Both the position numbers and the translations under genes were made by a program. A stretch of DNA of 59,485 nt, the filler included, from Basidioascus undulatus (Eukaryota): the NCBI GenBank assembly GCA_000826855.1. It is 4 parts of 4 records of this genome, joined end to end, with 100 filler letters (N's around TTAATTAATTAA, not from the genome) between each part and the next. Parts side by side here need not be neighbours in the genome. Positions count along the whole stretch, not along the records: positions 29,806 to 44,600 come from JTLS01000695.1; positions 44,701 to 59,485 come from JTLS01000697.1; 2 more parts are not named here. One strand, 5' to 3'. The notes below the pieces were generated by a model that saw only the letters and a list, made by a program, of their open reading frames with translations, had not been told where the DNA came from and searched no databases. Numbering within the stretch: the stretch's first letter is position 1; every line of letters begins with the position of its first letter. Positions 34,822-48,255 of this stretch are shown piece by piece.

Positions 34822-37469
34822 GATGTGAGTGTCGTGCGCTGGGGACTGTGGGGTACATGTCAGTCGCGAAAGGTCGGATATGAACCATCGTCATGAAGTG
34901 GGACAGACATACAGTTTGTGTGCAATGGTTTCCGAGGGGAGAGGACGGTTCTAAATGGTCGAGGGTAGCTGTGAAGCTGTCGGGAGGCGTCAGCGACGGG
35001 TTCGCATGGCTGTGGCCATGAGTGGACTGGATCGGACACTGAGTGCATCTCGATAGTCCAGGAGCAACACCAACATCCTGAACATGATACTTCAAGTGCT
35101 TGTGAAGATCCGTGACGGTTCGCAGTCGTTCCATCGCCCGCTAGGCGGCGCCAGGGCACAACAGCCCGCCCCATCCAGTGAGATAACACCAGCGACAAAG
35201 ATAGCGGTTCGAACCGACACCCACGCTACCGATCGATCCCATACTCACAATGTATCTCTTACACACTCGCGCAGAGGTTCAAACGCGGGCAGGCTGGTGA
35301 TATCAAGGGGGCAAGTCAGCGGGAACAGGGGTCGAGGAGGGCGAGGCTCCGTTGGGTGAGTTTGAATGACAATGAAAGGGAATGCGCGGGTAAACGGACC
35401 AACATGGGTATCCATGTGGTGGATGTACGTGTTGTCGAGATCCAGATAGCCTGCGAGGCGCGAGGGAAGCGATGGAGGGACGGAAGAAGGCGGCCTTCCC
35501 GCCTCCTCTCGCTGTGCCTCGACCGTTGATCCTTGCCCATCCACCGCGCGCGAAGGTCCCACACATACGCCATACGCCCCACGGATCCCATACTCGACAG
35601 ATAGAGGGGGTATAGCTCACCCTGGATGTTGGTGGATCACAGGGACGAGGCGGGAAGACGAGCGAGGACGAGCGAGGAGCAGCGCCCACACGTGCTTCAG
35701 AAGCAGCCCGGTTCAAACCTTGCGCGATGCTATCGCCCCGAGCCCTCATCATCAGTCTCTCTGCCTGCTGCCCTATATAATCCATACGCAGCTCACCGAA
35801 TACGGGCCGATGGGCGCAGAGCGAGTCCGGGAGGGGCGGGGAGAAGATGGGGGGCGAGACGAGACGAGATGTCAGGCTTGCTTGCTCGCTCGCTCAAACG
35901 CTGGCGCGCGCGGAAGGCGCTCGTTCCGACGTGATGGAAGTCAAGCAAGGGGTTCTGTGTCGTGAGCGTACCAAGAATGCGAGACTCTGTGCCCCTGCGA
36001 GCAACAAGGCGTCTGGGAATATCGGTATAGGTGTCGGCGTGGGTGCTCTGAGGGGGCGGTATCGACGGTGGAGGATGAGATGGTGCAAGGCAGGCAAGCC
36101 GAGGGAAGGCAGCAGCCGCGCGCGTGGTTGATCGAGAGCCCGAACGCTCCTTGAGCGGATAGCGGCGTCGGCAGTCGGCCGCTCCGTTGCGTATTAACCG
36201 ACTACAAGTATCTTCGATATAATATCCGCTTCACCCGGGGCCGGCAATCGCCCTTCCTGGGCGTTCGTCGTTCGTCGTAACGTTTCTGAGGTGCAGGCGT
36301 CGGGTGTTTGCTCGAGCGAGGACAAGGAAAGGAAAGCGAGAAGGCGCTGTCTGAGGGGCGTCCCGGAACGGCTCAAGCCAAGAATGCGATTGATTGACTG
36401 AAACCGGCCCGGTGAATTTGGCTTGCAACCCGGAGCATTTAGTTTAATAGGTCTCCGTCATGACCTTTTGTCCTGCGAGCACTATGACGAGAGTGAAAGA
36501 TTTAGTGTCGAAGGGAAGAAGTATTGGTACACGCGTACGGTTTAGTTTTCATTCACTTTCACTGAGTTTCATTCTCCTTAATGGAAACAGGAGGTCCGAG
36601 CAGCGTCTTCTCGAGTCGTCATCAGTGAGTAACCTCCATGGGGTCCGATTCATATGCGTACAAGCCACACCCTGCACCCACTTGCGTCTGCATAGCGACG
36701 CTCGGGAAGACAGGCCCTGCCGGGTGCTGGTCCTCTGTGGTGCATACCCAGTGCATCCCAAGTGCATCCCCGAACAGGTCGCACGACGATCACTACCCCC
36801 TGCCGGCAACCCCCTTTCTGCCCTCACTTACACTTTTCATCGCTCGAAGCCGGCTCCTATGCTGTATTATAGAATTTTCATTCACGTACCATTGAGCGTT
36901 GTCAGCCATGGCGTGCCCCACGGCCGGCCGACGCCTCCAGGTTCTTCTCGCCTGGCGATAACGAAATGACGTCAGTGAGCCGCGAGCGCAGAGGAGATAA
37001 GCAAGCAGGACGCCCGAATCAGCTCTCAACGGCACGAGAACCCATTGTGCACACAAAAGCCTGGTGAAAGAACATCAGCATTTAAGGACCGCTGGAAGGG
37101 ACATGTAATGTAGAGACATCTGCTTGCAGTGTGCAGACTGCTGCTCGCAAAGGCAGCTAGCGAGTAATTTTTGGTCGCGGTGTACTATGGCTTCACCATG
37201 AGGCCTGGAATTACTTACTGAACTGATAATGATTGAGGCATGTTTATATGGTCTACAATCTTGCATTTCAGATTTGAATACCTAAGCAGGCGAACAGGAA
37301 AAATTGCACAAACAAGCAGTGTTCTGCCCTAGTCCGCGGAACTCCCACCCTCCTCCTTGCGACGCGTCCCCCGCGCGTCCCTTGTCTTTCTTCCTCCCCT
37401 CCCATCAACACTCTCCCACTCCCACTCCTTCCTCCAATCCCTCCACACCCCACCCACCCCACATCAAGC

Positions 37470-37839
37470 ATGACAGACCTCAAAACCCGACACTACGCGG
37501 CACTCTCCTCCTCGCTCACCGCGCTCTCCCAAAACCTCGCCGCGACGGCCGACCAGCTGTCCACGACGGCGGAGCAGCTCGACGCGATGCGCCGACTGGC
37601 GGGGGGGCATGTGGCGCAGTGCGTCCCATACTCTTCTCACCTCTTACCCTTTCCACGAGAGAGGGACTGGATGAGAGAGAGAGAAGGGAGTAGGCTGATG
37701 CAGGAGTGGCGAGGGCAGGTTCATGGCCGTTTCGAGGCTGCTGGATAAGCATGATGAGGAGGTGGCGAGGCGGGTGGAGGAAGAGGCGGGGGTAGGGGCG
37801 AAGCGAGGAGGAGGCGAGGGGTCGGATGGGGGTCAGTGA
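37470..37839 (+). CDS. HSK3: DASH/Dam1 kinetochore subunit Hsk3-like (2 exons)
   Basis: KTRHYAALSSSLTALSQNLAATADQLSTTAEQLDAMRRLAGGHVAQ|FMAVSRLL matches the Hsk3 pattern (R.Y..L...L..L..NL......L.....Q...MR.L...H...FMA.S). Intron GTGCGT..CAG. Stop 37837-37839. Confidence 0.8.
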
Positions 37840-38368
37840 GCATTGGGGAGGTGGACGAGGGAGAAGGACGGAGGAGGACGCATGATACCCTTTCTGATCT
37901 TTCTTTAGCTCGAACAGTCGACCTTCGTCGACATGAATTAGACTTACCCACTGACCTTTTTCCACCGGTGCACGATTCATTCGACACGGCTTTTCGATTC
38001 TCTTGCTCGATCAGACCCTCACGTTCGAACGAATACCTTCACATCCCGCTATCCACCGTTGCGTTATTCTTTTACCCGTTTAACACCGCGCATTCACACT
38101 ATTACGTTCTGGGGGCCTTGTCACACCAACCGGGCCTCGACGCTGTCCCACACGTTCTCGGGTTTCACGCTCTACTGGACGTTTTCGCACACGTTTAGAT
38201 GCCATGGAGGCTGGAAACGGACTCGCTCTCACACAATGCAGCATGCCAAAAACGGATAAGACCGATTTATCGATTAGACCGGAATGACAAACTCTTCGAC
38301 TCGCAAGCACACATTGCTTCAGCAAAAAAGACCGACACGTTACAGTTTCGCCTTGAGCTCGTCGCTCC

Positions 38369-41300
38369 TCAGACCTTGCTCGGCTCGTCCGGGCCCGCGG
38401 CGGTGTGGTGCGCCGCCGCAGCCTTCTCGTAGTGCACCACGACGCCGGCCTTCTCCTCGCCGGGCCTGTGGCCGGGGTGGAGGTCCTCGGAGAGGAGCTT
38501 GCGGCGGTACGCTGGTGTGTGGGTAAATGGTAAGCATGTGGGGACAGGGGAATGCAGGCAGGCAGTGAGGAGCCTAACGCACCATCCGAGGTGAACGGCG
38601 TGCTGTTCCGGTACATCAGGTCGACTTGCTCGAGCGACAGGCCTTTGGTCTCGGGGATGCTTGAAGGGGGAGGGATGAAACAGCGTCAGCGCAGAATTAT
38701 CCCAGACTGCGCATAGTTCAGTTACAAGAAGTAGGTGAAGATGAGACAGCCGACGCAGGTCGATCCCCAGCTGAACAAGAAAACGATACCGACGTGAGCA
38801 ACAGAGGCCTAGAGCACTAGGCTTTGAACGGGACGTACATGAAGAACACCTTTGACTGGAGGTTTGCGTTTCCTTCGCCCGGCTCCACGAGGTAGGGTGT
38901 CGCGTATCCGATCGCCCAGTTCCACTGCCCATCCCCAACTCAGCGAGCTTCAAAGCGCAAGACCTCAGTAACACTCACAAGCCAGTTTGAAGCCGTCGAG
39001 AGAGACATGGCTTTGGCGCGGATGGCTTGAGGGAAGATCTCGCCCGTGACGACCCTGACATGCAGTTCGCGTGAGTCAGCGCAGGGATATTAGAGCAGTG
39101 CTGCAAGGACTCACCATGCGATGGGGCTGTGGACAATTGAAGTCAGTTGGGTACAGCGTGTGGTGGTAGTGATTCAAAGACTTACCCCCAAGTAGACGCG
39201 AAGAACGCGATGTAGATGCACACGAAAGCGATCAGGCAGCGCTGCCCGGCGAGGTTGTCCGTTCTAATGGTTACGCCGACTTTTCAGAGGAATCAAGAGT
39301 GAGTATCTGAACGACCTAAGCTCTCTACACCATCGGGACCTACTTATGGCGACGAGATACTGCCAGCCCAGCCCATCCTTGGTCAGTCCCACAACGCTTC
39401 GTTCGAATTGAAGTTGTTTCGAGCGGGACAAAATGCGCACCTCGCACACAAGCATGCCAGCAGCCCCAATGAGCAGGAGCTTACGCCTGCCCACTTTGTC
39501 GACAGCCCAGATGCCGGGGATCTGTCGGGTCACGGAAATGTTCAGTCCTATAAACGACAATGGGAAGACCCTAACAGGACACACCGTCATCCCAACGTTC
39601 ACAACGCTGGTTGCGATGGAAATCAAGAACGGGTTCTCGATTCCGCTGTTCTTGAAGAAGGCGGTGCCGTAGTAGCTATAAAGGGGGGAGAAGTGAGCAT
39701 TGACCTCCTGGAACAAACTCGAACGTCTTCAGCTTACAAGATGAAGTTGATGCCTGGCGGAGTAGATTGGTCAGATTCGAAACGAAGCTCGGTGTAGTCG
39801 AACAGTCGCGGCTTACCTGTGAGCTGTTGCCATGCCTGCAGGAAGACGCCCGTCAAAGTACGCTGCAGGTTCTTGCCTGTGGAGGAACAGAAAAATCAAC
39901 TGTGCTGTACTCGAAAGGAACTGTTGAGGCTTTCAGTACGTACCCGGCCCGCGCTTGAAGCAATCGGCATAGCCTGCGTTGTCCAGAGCGAGCTCCTGGG
40001 CGAGACTGCGTTGGGTCGCTGTCAGAACATGCAAGTGTTACGAAAACTTCCGGGACTCTCACCTCGCTTTGACATCGTGCAGTTCCTCAAGCAGCTCCGG
40101 GTCGTCCTTCTGGCAGCGAAGCAAGCGCTGCAGGCTGCGCACGGCCTGTTCCTCTCTGCCCTTCTGGATGAGGAAGCGGGGAGACTGCCGAAGTACAGGT
40201 GCTCGTCAGTACCATGTTGGACTACTATGGCTGTGTGGGGAAAGAGAGGGTACCTCGGGAAGGAACAGGACTCCGACGCCGAGGATGAGCGCCCAGAGGA
40301 ACTGGATGCAAGTCGGGATGAGCCAAGATCCGCTGTCGTTCCGGTCCTTGGTGCCCTCCGCTACACAAGAAGCCAGGAGGATACCGATGGTGATGGCCCA
40401 TTGGTACAAGGCGACGACGCCACCGCGGATCCACTTGGGTGAACACTCGGACTGTGAAGGGAAGGTATCTGAGCACGATGTGCGAAGGCAAGCAGGCAAG
40501 ATCATGGCGCACCTGGTACATCGGAACGAGGGTCGATCTGGACTTCCCCATCAACTTCCATTTCAAGGAAAAGCATAAGAGGAGGATGGAACGCACACAA
40601 TGCCGACGCCCAAACCTGCGAAAACTCGACCGACCACGAACTGCGGGATGGCGGTCGAGGCGGCCTGCAGGATAATGCCGAGGCTAGGGAGGAATGGCTC
40701 GTCAGCGCTGCTTTTGATTTCCATTTAGGACTCGACCGCTCACGAGAAGACCAGACATGCAATGACCAGACCGAAGCGACGGCCGATAATGTCGGCAATG
40801 GGAGCACCAGCTGTACAACACCTTCAGTACGGAAAATAGCAGACATGTATGTATAGTCTCATTGACTTACCCAGAGCGCCGAAGAAGGTCCCGGCTGAAG
40901 CTTTCGTCAGTCCCATCAACGCTGGACGATATGTGACAAGATGCACCCGAGAGGCTGGACACGACAAGCGACTTCTGCGACGTTGTGATATAGCAATCGC
41001 CGCCGTCGTCGGGCCGGGTTCCAAACTCGCACAGCCTGGAGCACAAGCAAGGTCATGTCAGATACATATATGGATGGCGCTGGGCATGCACACTCTCCGA
41101 CGTACCAGTACTGCATCACGTCGATACCAGAGATCGTGCCCGTGCTGGAGGCGACGATGCAAATCAGCTTATGAAACTCGCTCTGACTATGTTGAACAAC
41201 AGACGCACTCATATCCTGGATCCCAGTTGCCCCTGCGTTGAGTCTGTCTGTCCACCCAAGCAGAAGCATGATCAAGCTCACCGAAGAGGATGCCTTTTTG

Positions 41301-41510
41301 CATTCTACAGATCAGCCCGGATTCTCCCACCTAAGGTTGAAGGAGACATACCTCCGAAAGCAGCCTGTTCATGCTCGACAATGTCAACGTGGACCAACAG
41401 CCGACAGCCTCACAGGAGACACTTACGAATCCACTCATGACGATCGCCGGCAAGGACGAACGGCCTTTGAGGTCGAACTTCGCTGGACCAAGGGGTACGC
41501 CGCCAGGCAT
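38369..41510 (-). CDS. Sugar porter family hexose transporter (Hxt/Rco3-like), many exons
   Basis: AAFGGILFGYDTGTISG, VPMYQSECSPKWIRG, LPESPR, QQLTGINFI.YYGT, VDKVGRRKLLL, WVVTGEIFP, WNWAIGYATPYLV, IPETKGLSLEQVD. Appears intact. Confidence 0.93.
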
Positions 41511-42590
41511 ACTGGGTAAGAGTTTTGAGATGAGTGGCCGAGGGGGGAAAGGAGGTGGAAGGCAGTCAAGGGAGAGCCGGTGAAAGAAACGAGTTTGTTT
41601 CGCTCGTAGGTTTTTGTCCTGGCCACGAGACTCCACCAGCTGGTGATGGGGTCTCCGCGGGGCCCGCAAGGAGGACAGCGTCCTCCCCGGAGATCCGCAT
41701 GGGATTGCAGATGCAGGCCATGCTGGCCGAACGCTCCACGCGCACTGCCCTAAGTCATCCGCGATCCCTACCGTCCTCCGTCCTCCTGTGCGTGCGTTCT
41801 GCCCGACATAAGGTGGTCGCAATATCTGTAAATGTACCACCTGACCAGCGGAAGCACTATTTCTGTTTTCAGACAGGGTTCTGACAGCTGGGCGCGGCGA
41901 GCCAGCATCACAAAAAGCGGGAGGATAAACAGCGGATACAGCCTTGATGTCGTTCGTCGTTCTCAGGCGCGTGGACTGCTGTTCAGGCGCCAAACCGAAC
42001 GACCCAAAGCGGCAGAAATTCGGAGAGAATTTTGATGAGGAATCCGTCTTCATAGAGCATCGGCAGGTAACTCAGGATGCATCTCGATACGGAGCAGCTC
42101 ATTCAGTGCCTGCAGGCGTGCCTGGCCAGCAACGTGCTCCGGCAAGAAAGTACGGGAAAATTCCCGTTCATGCTAGGGCTATCCGCATGCACGTTCATCA
42201 ATCGATCTGAGAGAGTACGGAGGCTGCATTCTACTGGAGAATGCGAGACACCTCTGCTGCAAAGTGGGTTTGACATGCTCCCGAGCTACAGGTCTAGCAG
42301 TTCGCTCACCAACCGGGAGCGCTCACGGCCATGAAGATACCATGAGATTATCGTCTTTTTGACCAGCGCTGCAGAACACGGCTGGCCTCATCCGGTGCAG
42401 CTTCACCCAACACAGACTCGACCTGAGCTAAGGGAAGTGTCATGAGTAGCCTTAAAAAGGTATACAAGATTATCAGGGTGGTACAGACAGCTACGCTAAG
42501 CGACCAAGTGTCCACAAAACAGGCGAGGAAAATGTCCAGGGTAGCAGCAAGCAATGTCCCAAAATATTTAACACCTCTACCTCTAGCTTC

Positions 42591-44600
42591 TCAGCATTCG
42601 GGTACCGAGACAGGGATGCGGACTGTAGGTAGGGGGACGAAACAAACCCACTCAGTCAGCAAGGGGAGTACAAGGCGGCGAAGAGAGGACTAGGGCAGGG
42701 CAAAGCGGCGAACCTTCAGTCGCGAGACCCGCGAGCGAAGTCTCTTTGTACTTCGTGGACATGTCTACGACCGCAACTCCTCTCGTCAGCCCCTCCGTCT
42801 CAAAGACTCAGAAAGAAGTGCGCGCACCGGCAGCAGTGACTCGCATCGCGCGAATCGCGTCATCCAAGCTGACCGAGTGCGTCCCATCCCCGGCAAGTGC
42901 GAGTTGAGCGGCTGTTCCGTTTTCCAGAAAGCCAATCAGCCATGAAAGACGTTGAGAGAGGCGGGAGGCGTACCGGTGACAGCCTTCACAGCGCCCAGCG
43001 AGTTGCGCTCGATGCACGGCACTTGGACCATCCCATCGATCTGCGCGCGCCCATCTTATCAGCATTCGACCGAGTTTGAGCCGTCTTGGCGTAGATGGTA
43101 CGTACTGGGTCGCACGTCAGCCCAAGGTTGTGTTCTATCCCGATCTCCGCAGCCTGCTCGATCACTTCGGGCGACCTTTCCATCCATCCATCCCATCTCA
43201 TGTCACAATCAGCTGCATTCATCCGTCGCATAGAGAGAAGCGCAAACGCACCCTCCCATGCAAGCCGCGAACCCCGCAGCGGCCATCGAGCAAGCGACCC
43301 CGACTATTTAACGGGCCGCAAGGGCATGAAAATCAGACGCGTGCAAAAGCGAGAAGACGAAAAAGGGAAGGTGTACCTTCAGCCATGCACCCCCCTTCAG
43401 CAGCAGAGATCGTCGCGCCCCGCTTGTAGAGCATTCTATCCAGTCGCGCCTGTGTTAGCGTCTGTCCATGTGCTTTTTCGACTGACAGGAACGCAAGCGT
43501 ACCCGATGGCTGTATGTCATGAGGACCAGTCAGCATAGAATGTTCGATAAGTAGGAGTGAGGGAAGAGGGGACGCACCAGAGGCAGTAAGCAAGAACGTC
43601 ATGATGTCCCTCTCCGGCTCCTCCGAGATGAACTGCCCACCCTCTCGCATTGTCAGCACCTCTCCCTTACTCTGTAGCCACAGAAGACGCACCTCAGTGA
43701 TATACTTCAGCACAGCGGGTATGACGCCCGCTGCCCCGAGCGTCGGCGCAGTGACGACGCGCCCTCCGCCCGCGTTCGTCTCATTCACCTACCATCCCAC
43801 CAATCCATCTCAGCGTCCCCTCCCCCAAATCCCAAAAAGACCCACTGCAATAGCATAAGCGCTCAAAAAGTCCAACGCAGGGAAGATCGTCTTCCTGGGC
43901 GGGACGGGCCTGACCTGGTGGTCGAACCGTCCCACGATTCCCATCCCTCCGGCACCTCCTGCACCTCCGTCAGCCACTAGCGACCCGGCCTCCACGCCCG
44001 GCAGCTGGGCCGCGGGCGCGGGCGCGCCGAGGGCGGGGTACAGCCCGCGCTGCAGGCGCTTGTAGAGCGCACGCGCGCGGCGCTTCACCTTCAGCCGGCC
44101 AGGGAGGTGCGTCTCGGTTGAGGTCACGCCGGAGCGGATGCACTCGTCCATCACTAAATTGGTCGAGATGGGGAGGCGAGGGGTCACTGCTGGTTGGAGG
44201 GGCGGCACCAGGCACGAGGGAATGTGGGCGCACCGGTCCAGATTTTGAGGATGCGCGAGCGGATCTGTGCCCGATGCGTGTGAGCGGGGGGAGAGAAGAA
44301 GTAGGTGGGAGAGAGACGCGGACACACCTCTTCGGGGGTGTACCAATGCAACTCGTTCTCATAAACAATCTGGGCGATCGTCAACTGCCGCCATCCCCCT
44401 TTCCACTATATCAGCCTCACCCCTCCCTCCCTCCACCTCCTTCATCATCTTCCCCCAGCTATGAACGCACATTGTGCTTCTTCGTCAACGCCAGCAAGCT
44501 CGCGCCATCATGGAACGGGTACGGCACGCCCTCCTCCTTCTCCTTCTCCTTCTCCGCCTTCTTCTCCCTCTCCTGCACGACTGGCGGGTGGGCCGCGGAC
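42591..44600 (-). CDS. Iron-sulfur-dependent L-serine dehydratase (SdaA type, alpha domain); 5' end off contig
   Basis: [123 protein letters not shown], ending ...VPEC* (TGA 42591-42593). Confidence 0.95.
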
Positions 44601-44700
44601 NNNNNNNNNNNNNNNNNNNNNNNNNNNNNNNNNNNNNNNNNNNNTTAATTAATTAANNNNNNNNNNNNNNNNNNNNNNNNNNNNNNNNNNNNNNNNNNNN
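44601..44700. other. Artificial contig spacer N44-TTAATTAATTAA-N44
   Basis: Same structure as the other spacers. Confidence 0.98.
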
Positions 44701-44883
44701 AGGACGGGGTGGGGAGAGGAGGGGAGGGAGAAGAGGGGGGAGGGGAAGAGGGGAAGACGTACCGTACACCGTCCACTTCGCCATCCCTATAACGCCGTGC
44801 CGCACCTGCAGCTGGTACGCAGCTTCGACCGCCTCCCGCCGCCGGCCGCGGTCCGTGTCGATCTCGGGCTCGCCGGAGGACAT
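44701..44883 (-). CDS. First exon of a hypothetical small (possibly membrane) protein; remainder off contig
   Basis: ATG at 44883, MSSGEPEIDTDRGRRREAVEAAYQLQVRHGVIGMAKWTVY, then a GTACGT donor and a pyrimidine-rich intron. Confidence 0.55.
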
Positions 44884-45812
44884 GGCAGGCAGGGGGCTTT
44901 CAGGAGGAGACGAGAGTGGAACGGCCCGGCGCAAGGAGGAGTAGGGCGCCGGTATGGGTGGTGCTGAAAGTGTGGTATGTAATGGTGGATGGGCAAGGGA
45001 GGAGAACGCAGCAGAGAGAAGACGGCCGTCGCGTCGGCCCGGCGCTCGACGGCGACCGGACGTCATCGACGAATTGACCGGTGTGTCGCTCAAAAATTGC
45101 ACGCAGTGCGTTTTCACTTTTCTTGTCAATGGGGAATTTAAAATACGCCAAGGGGTAGAGGAACAAATGGGGAATTTTATTTGTTGTTTGCCTTATTGCG
45201 ATGCAGGTCGTGCAGGTACTCCAAGCTGGCGGTCTGTCCCACGCGTTGGGAGGACCTGGGACGTCGTACCAATGCATCTCCACGTCTTTTGAATTTTCGG
45301 GGTAAGCATGTCAGTCTGTACACCCCGAGTGAGGGAGACGATGGCAACTGTCAATAACCATACCGAGCTTGTGACAGAGAGGTAACCTGGCTGCAAGCAA
45401 TTTCCACAGTGTGGTATCACAACCCTGCAGGGACAAGTGTCCGTCTGGACTAGAAGGCCGAAATAGTATGGGGGAAAATGAAGCTTATTCAAATAGAATC
45501 AAAACATGAGTCTTGTTAGTATGACCCGGCGTCACTTCCAAGTGCATCTCGAGCAACACGCTGAAAACACGCTGAAAACACCGAATCTTTGCATTGGGGC
45601 ACATGTGCAATACAGCGTACGAAAACTGTACAGAACATTCATGCATTATCTCATCAAATTGCCGAGTCAGATCACAGCCAGTACTCCCTCCCACAGATGC
45701 GCTAACTATCGGACCTTGCGACCTCTTCTTCACTTGTTGCCGCCCACCTTGGCCTTGAGCTTTTTGATTCTGTTTGGAGCGCCACGGACGGTCAGACCAC
45801 CTCAAGATAAGT

Positions 45813-48015
45813 TTATTCCTTTAATCGTGGAACGCACAGGTTCTCGAGACTCTGCTCCGCAATGACATGCGGCGGCTTCTCGTCCTTGAAGAAGACCTGT
45901 CCTCCTCCGCACCCTTCATTGTGCGACTGCCTCTTTTCCCAAACCAACTGAAAACGGAGCCGCACCTTCCCGAGCTCCTCCGAAATGTCGCTATAGCGGA
46001 TGTGCTTGTCGATCTTGTCGATCGCCGCGACGTCCTCCGCCTCTAGGGCAAAGACTTCGAGGTTCTCCCGGAGGCGCTCGGGCTTGGACGACTTGGGGAG
46101 GACGACGTTGCCGTGGCTTCCGTGGGCTTGGTCAGAAAATGGTAGGATCTTGTGAGGAGAGGGCACTCACGCAATGTTCCACGACAAGATGACCTGACTG
46201 GGTGTGCGCCCGTACTGAAAGAAAGTACGCTCAGCTTCGCAACGCATTTCAAACACGACTGTGGACCTGCCTTTTCGGCAGCTTTCTGTACGTCGCGCAA
46301 TCAGTGAGCTTGCGGCGCAAAGGTGCCAGAGAACAAGAAGGACACACCTTAATCACTTCCTGGTCGATGATGCGGCCCTCGTCTTTCGTCTTGTAGGTAG
46401 GGTTGAGGTTTCCTGGAATTTTTAGATTTGTATCAGCGCAGGCTAGCAAAGTTTGTTCGAGGGTTGCGCACCGAATGGACTGAAATCCGAGGTTCCTCGT
46501 CAGCTGCATTTGAAGCTCATAGGATAAGGAGTTTCGTCACCTGTACGCCTCGACGACCATCCCCCGCTCCTTGCACCACTTGTTGAACTCCTTCTGCTGC
46601 AAGTACGGGTGGATCTCTGGTCGGTGACCCACCGCATTTCAGTCCGTGGCGAACGTGATCGTACTGTATTACTGACCGTTTTGGATCGCGTCCGGCTGAT
46701 GCTTGGCCTTCTTGAGGAGGTCCTCGACCTCCGACTTGCAAAAGTTGGAGATGCCGATGTTCCGGACTTTACCGGTTCCGAGGAGGGCCTCGAGCGCGTG
46801 CCAGGTCATGTCGAGCGTCGTCGTGTTGTCGACCTGCGGGATACCTGCGGCGGAGAAGAGATTCACCGACAAAGGTATCAGATGCCAAATGAAACAGACG
46901 ACAGACCATGCTCGTCCTTCGGAATCCACTCGTTGCCCGGCTTCATGGCCTATCGTACCCACATCTCAGCAAGGCGTCCCCAGTCTGCGAAATCCAGTGC
47001 ATACCTGCGGCCAATGCATCAAGTACTAGAGTGGGGCGTCAGAACGGGTCTTTCATGCGGGAAAAGCAGAACGCGCCAGGTCGAGGTACTCCAGCTGCAG
47101 GTTGTTGAGCGAGCTCTGCAGGGCGAAGCCGACGCGGTCCGGCTGGAACCTGTCGACCATAGAACTCTGTCAGAGATTGAAAGTAGGCCGTCCAGGACCA
47201 AGCGGACTTCCGAGTTGCACCAAAGCTTGCTGTAATCGGTGCGTTCGTTAGCGACGTACCGAGGCGGTTTCCGATGCCAGCTTACCTTGTCACCCAAATT
47301 TCGTCGCGGGAGATGCCTGACTCGTTCAGGAAGCGCTTGATGCCTGCACGGCCAGAACGAGTATGAAAGTTCCGTCAGATTCTCTCTGCATGCCAAGGAA
47401 GGAAATGGAGCCGAGTACACACCGTTACCGACTTCCCGCTCGTTGCCGTAGACTGTGACGGACTCTCGGTCAGCTGTGTCCACCTCGACACGCCCGCCCA
47501 AGACTCACTAGCAGCGCAGTCAACTTCAAGCGCCGGAAAGGTATCAAGCCCAATTCCCAAGTGAGAAGTCCGTGACTGATGCTTACTGTGACGATACCCG
47601 ACCTTCAGCGCCTCGTATACCGCGTTCTCAACTGTCACCGCGCCCGGGTTGTTCAGCGTGAGTCACCAGCCCGATTGCTCCACCGGCATTCATGTACCTG
47701 CGCCTCTGTAGAGAGCACGAGAATAAGCTATAGACCCTCACCAGACCGCAGAAGGGGACGTACGGCTCAGCTTGCCATGTGCCTAGACCGACGGCGGGCA
47801 TCTGCAGAAACCAGTCGTGAACTGCCAGCCACAGACTCCAGCAGTGCTACCTATCGACGCACCTTCTTGTTCGGATAGCTGTTATAACATTGATACAACC
47901 GTGTGATTCACTCTTCATTTGCCCATTCCCTTAAAATGCCGGAGGATAGATAACCTTACAGCGAATGGGGGACGTCGAACGTCTTATCCTTGATAGACAC
48001 TGCTTGTTTGGCCAT
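45813..48015 (-). CDS. Aldo-keto reductase (AKR, NADPH-dependent), highly fragmented into exons
   Basis: MPAVGLGTW, ALKVGYRH.DCA.VYGNE.EVG, SKLW, YLDLYLMHWP, GKVRNIGISNF, IHPYLQQ, VVLPKSSKPERLRENL. Not every junction was verified. Confidence 0.9.
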
Positions 48016-48255
48016 GGTCCCGAGTACTCTTGAAGGGAAGAAGGGGTGGAATGGAAAGTAGGATGATCGACGTGCAGAGGTGCAGCGGATGCGTCGAGAA
48101 AAACAGTCCACACGTTGGACGGCCGTCGCAGCCGAATGAGGGCGGAAAGAGCGAGGTCATCCACTGAAAGCTTGAATGCATAAATTTCCCAGCAGCTTCC
48201 GTTCCTTTGCATTTTGTCATCCTCAACATCCGTGATTCCAGCCCTAGTTATGTGT

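Noticed and set aside
35697..35755. Possible box C/D snoRNA on the minus strand (ATGATGA...CTGA)
   Set aside because: Short, no convincing rRNA-complementary guide, and the 'C box' overlaps a likely intron branch site (ACTGAT..TAG).
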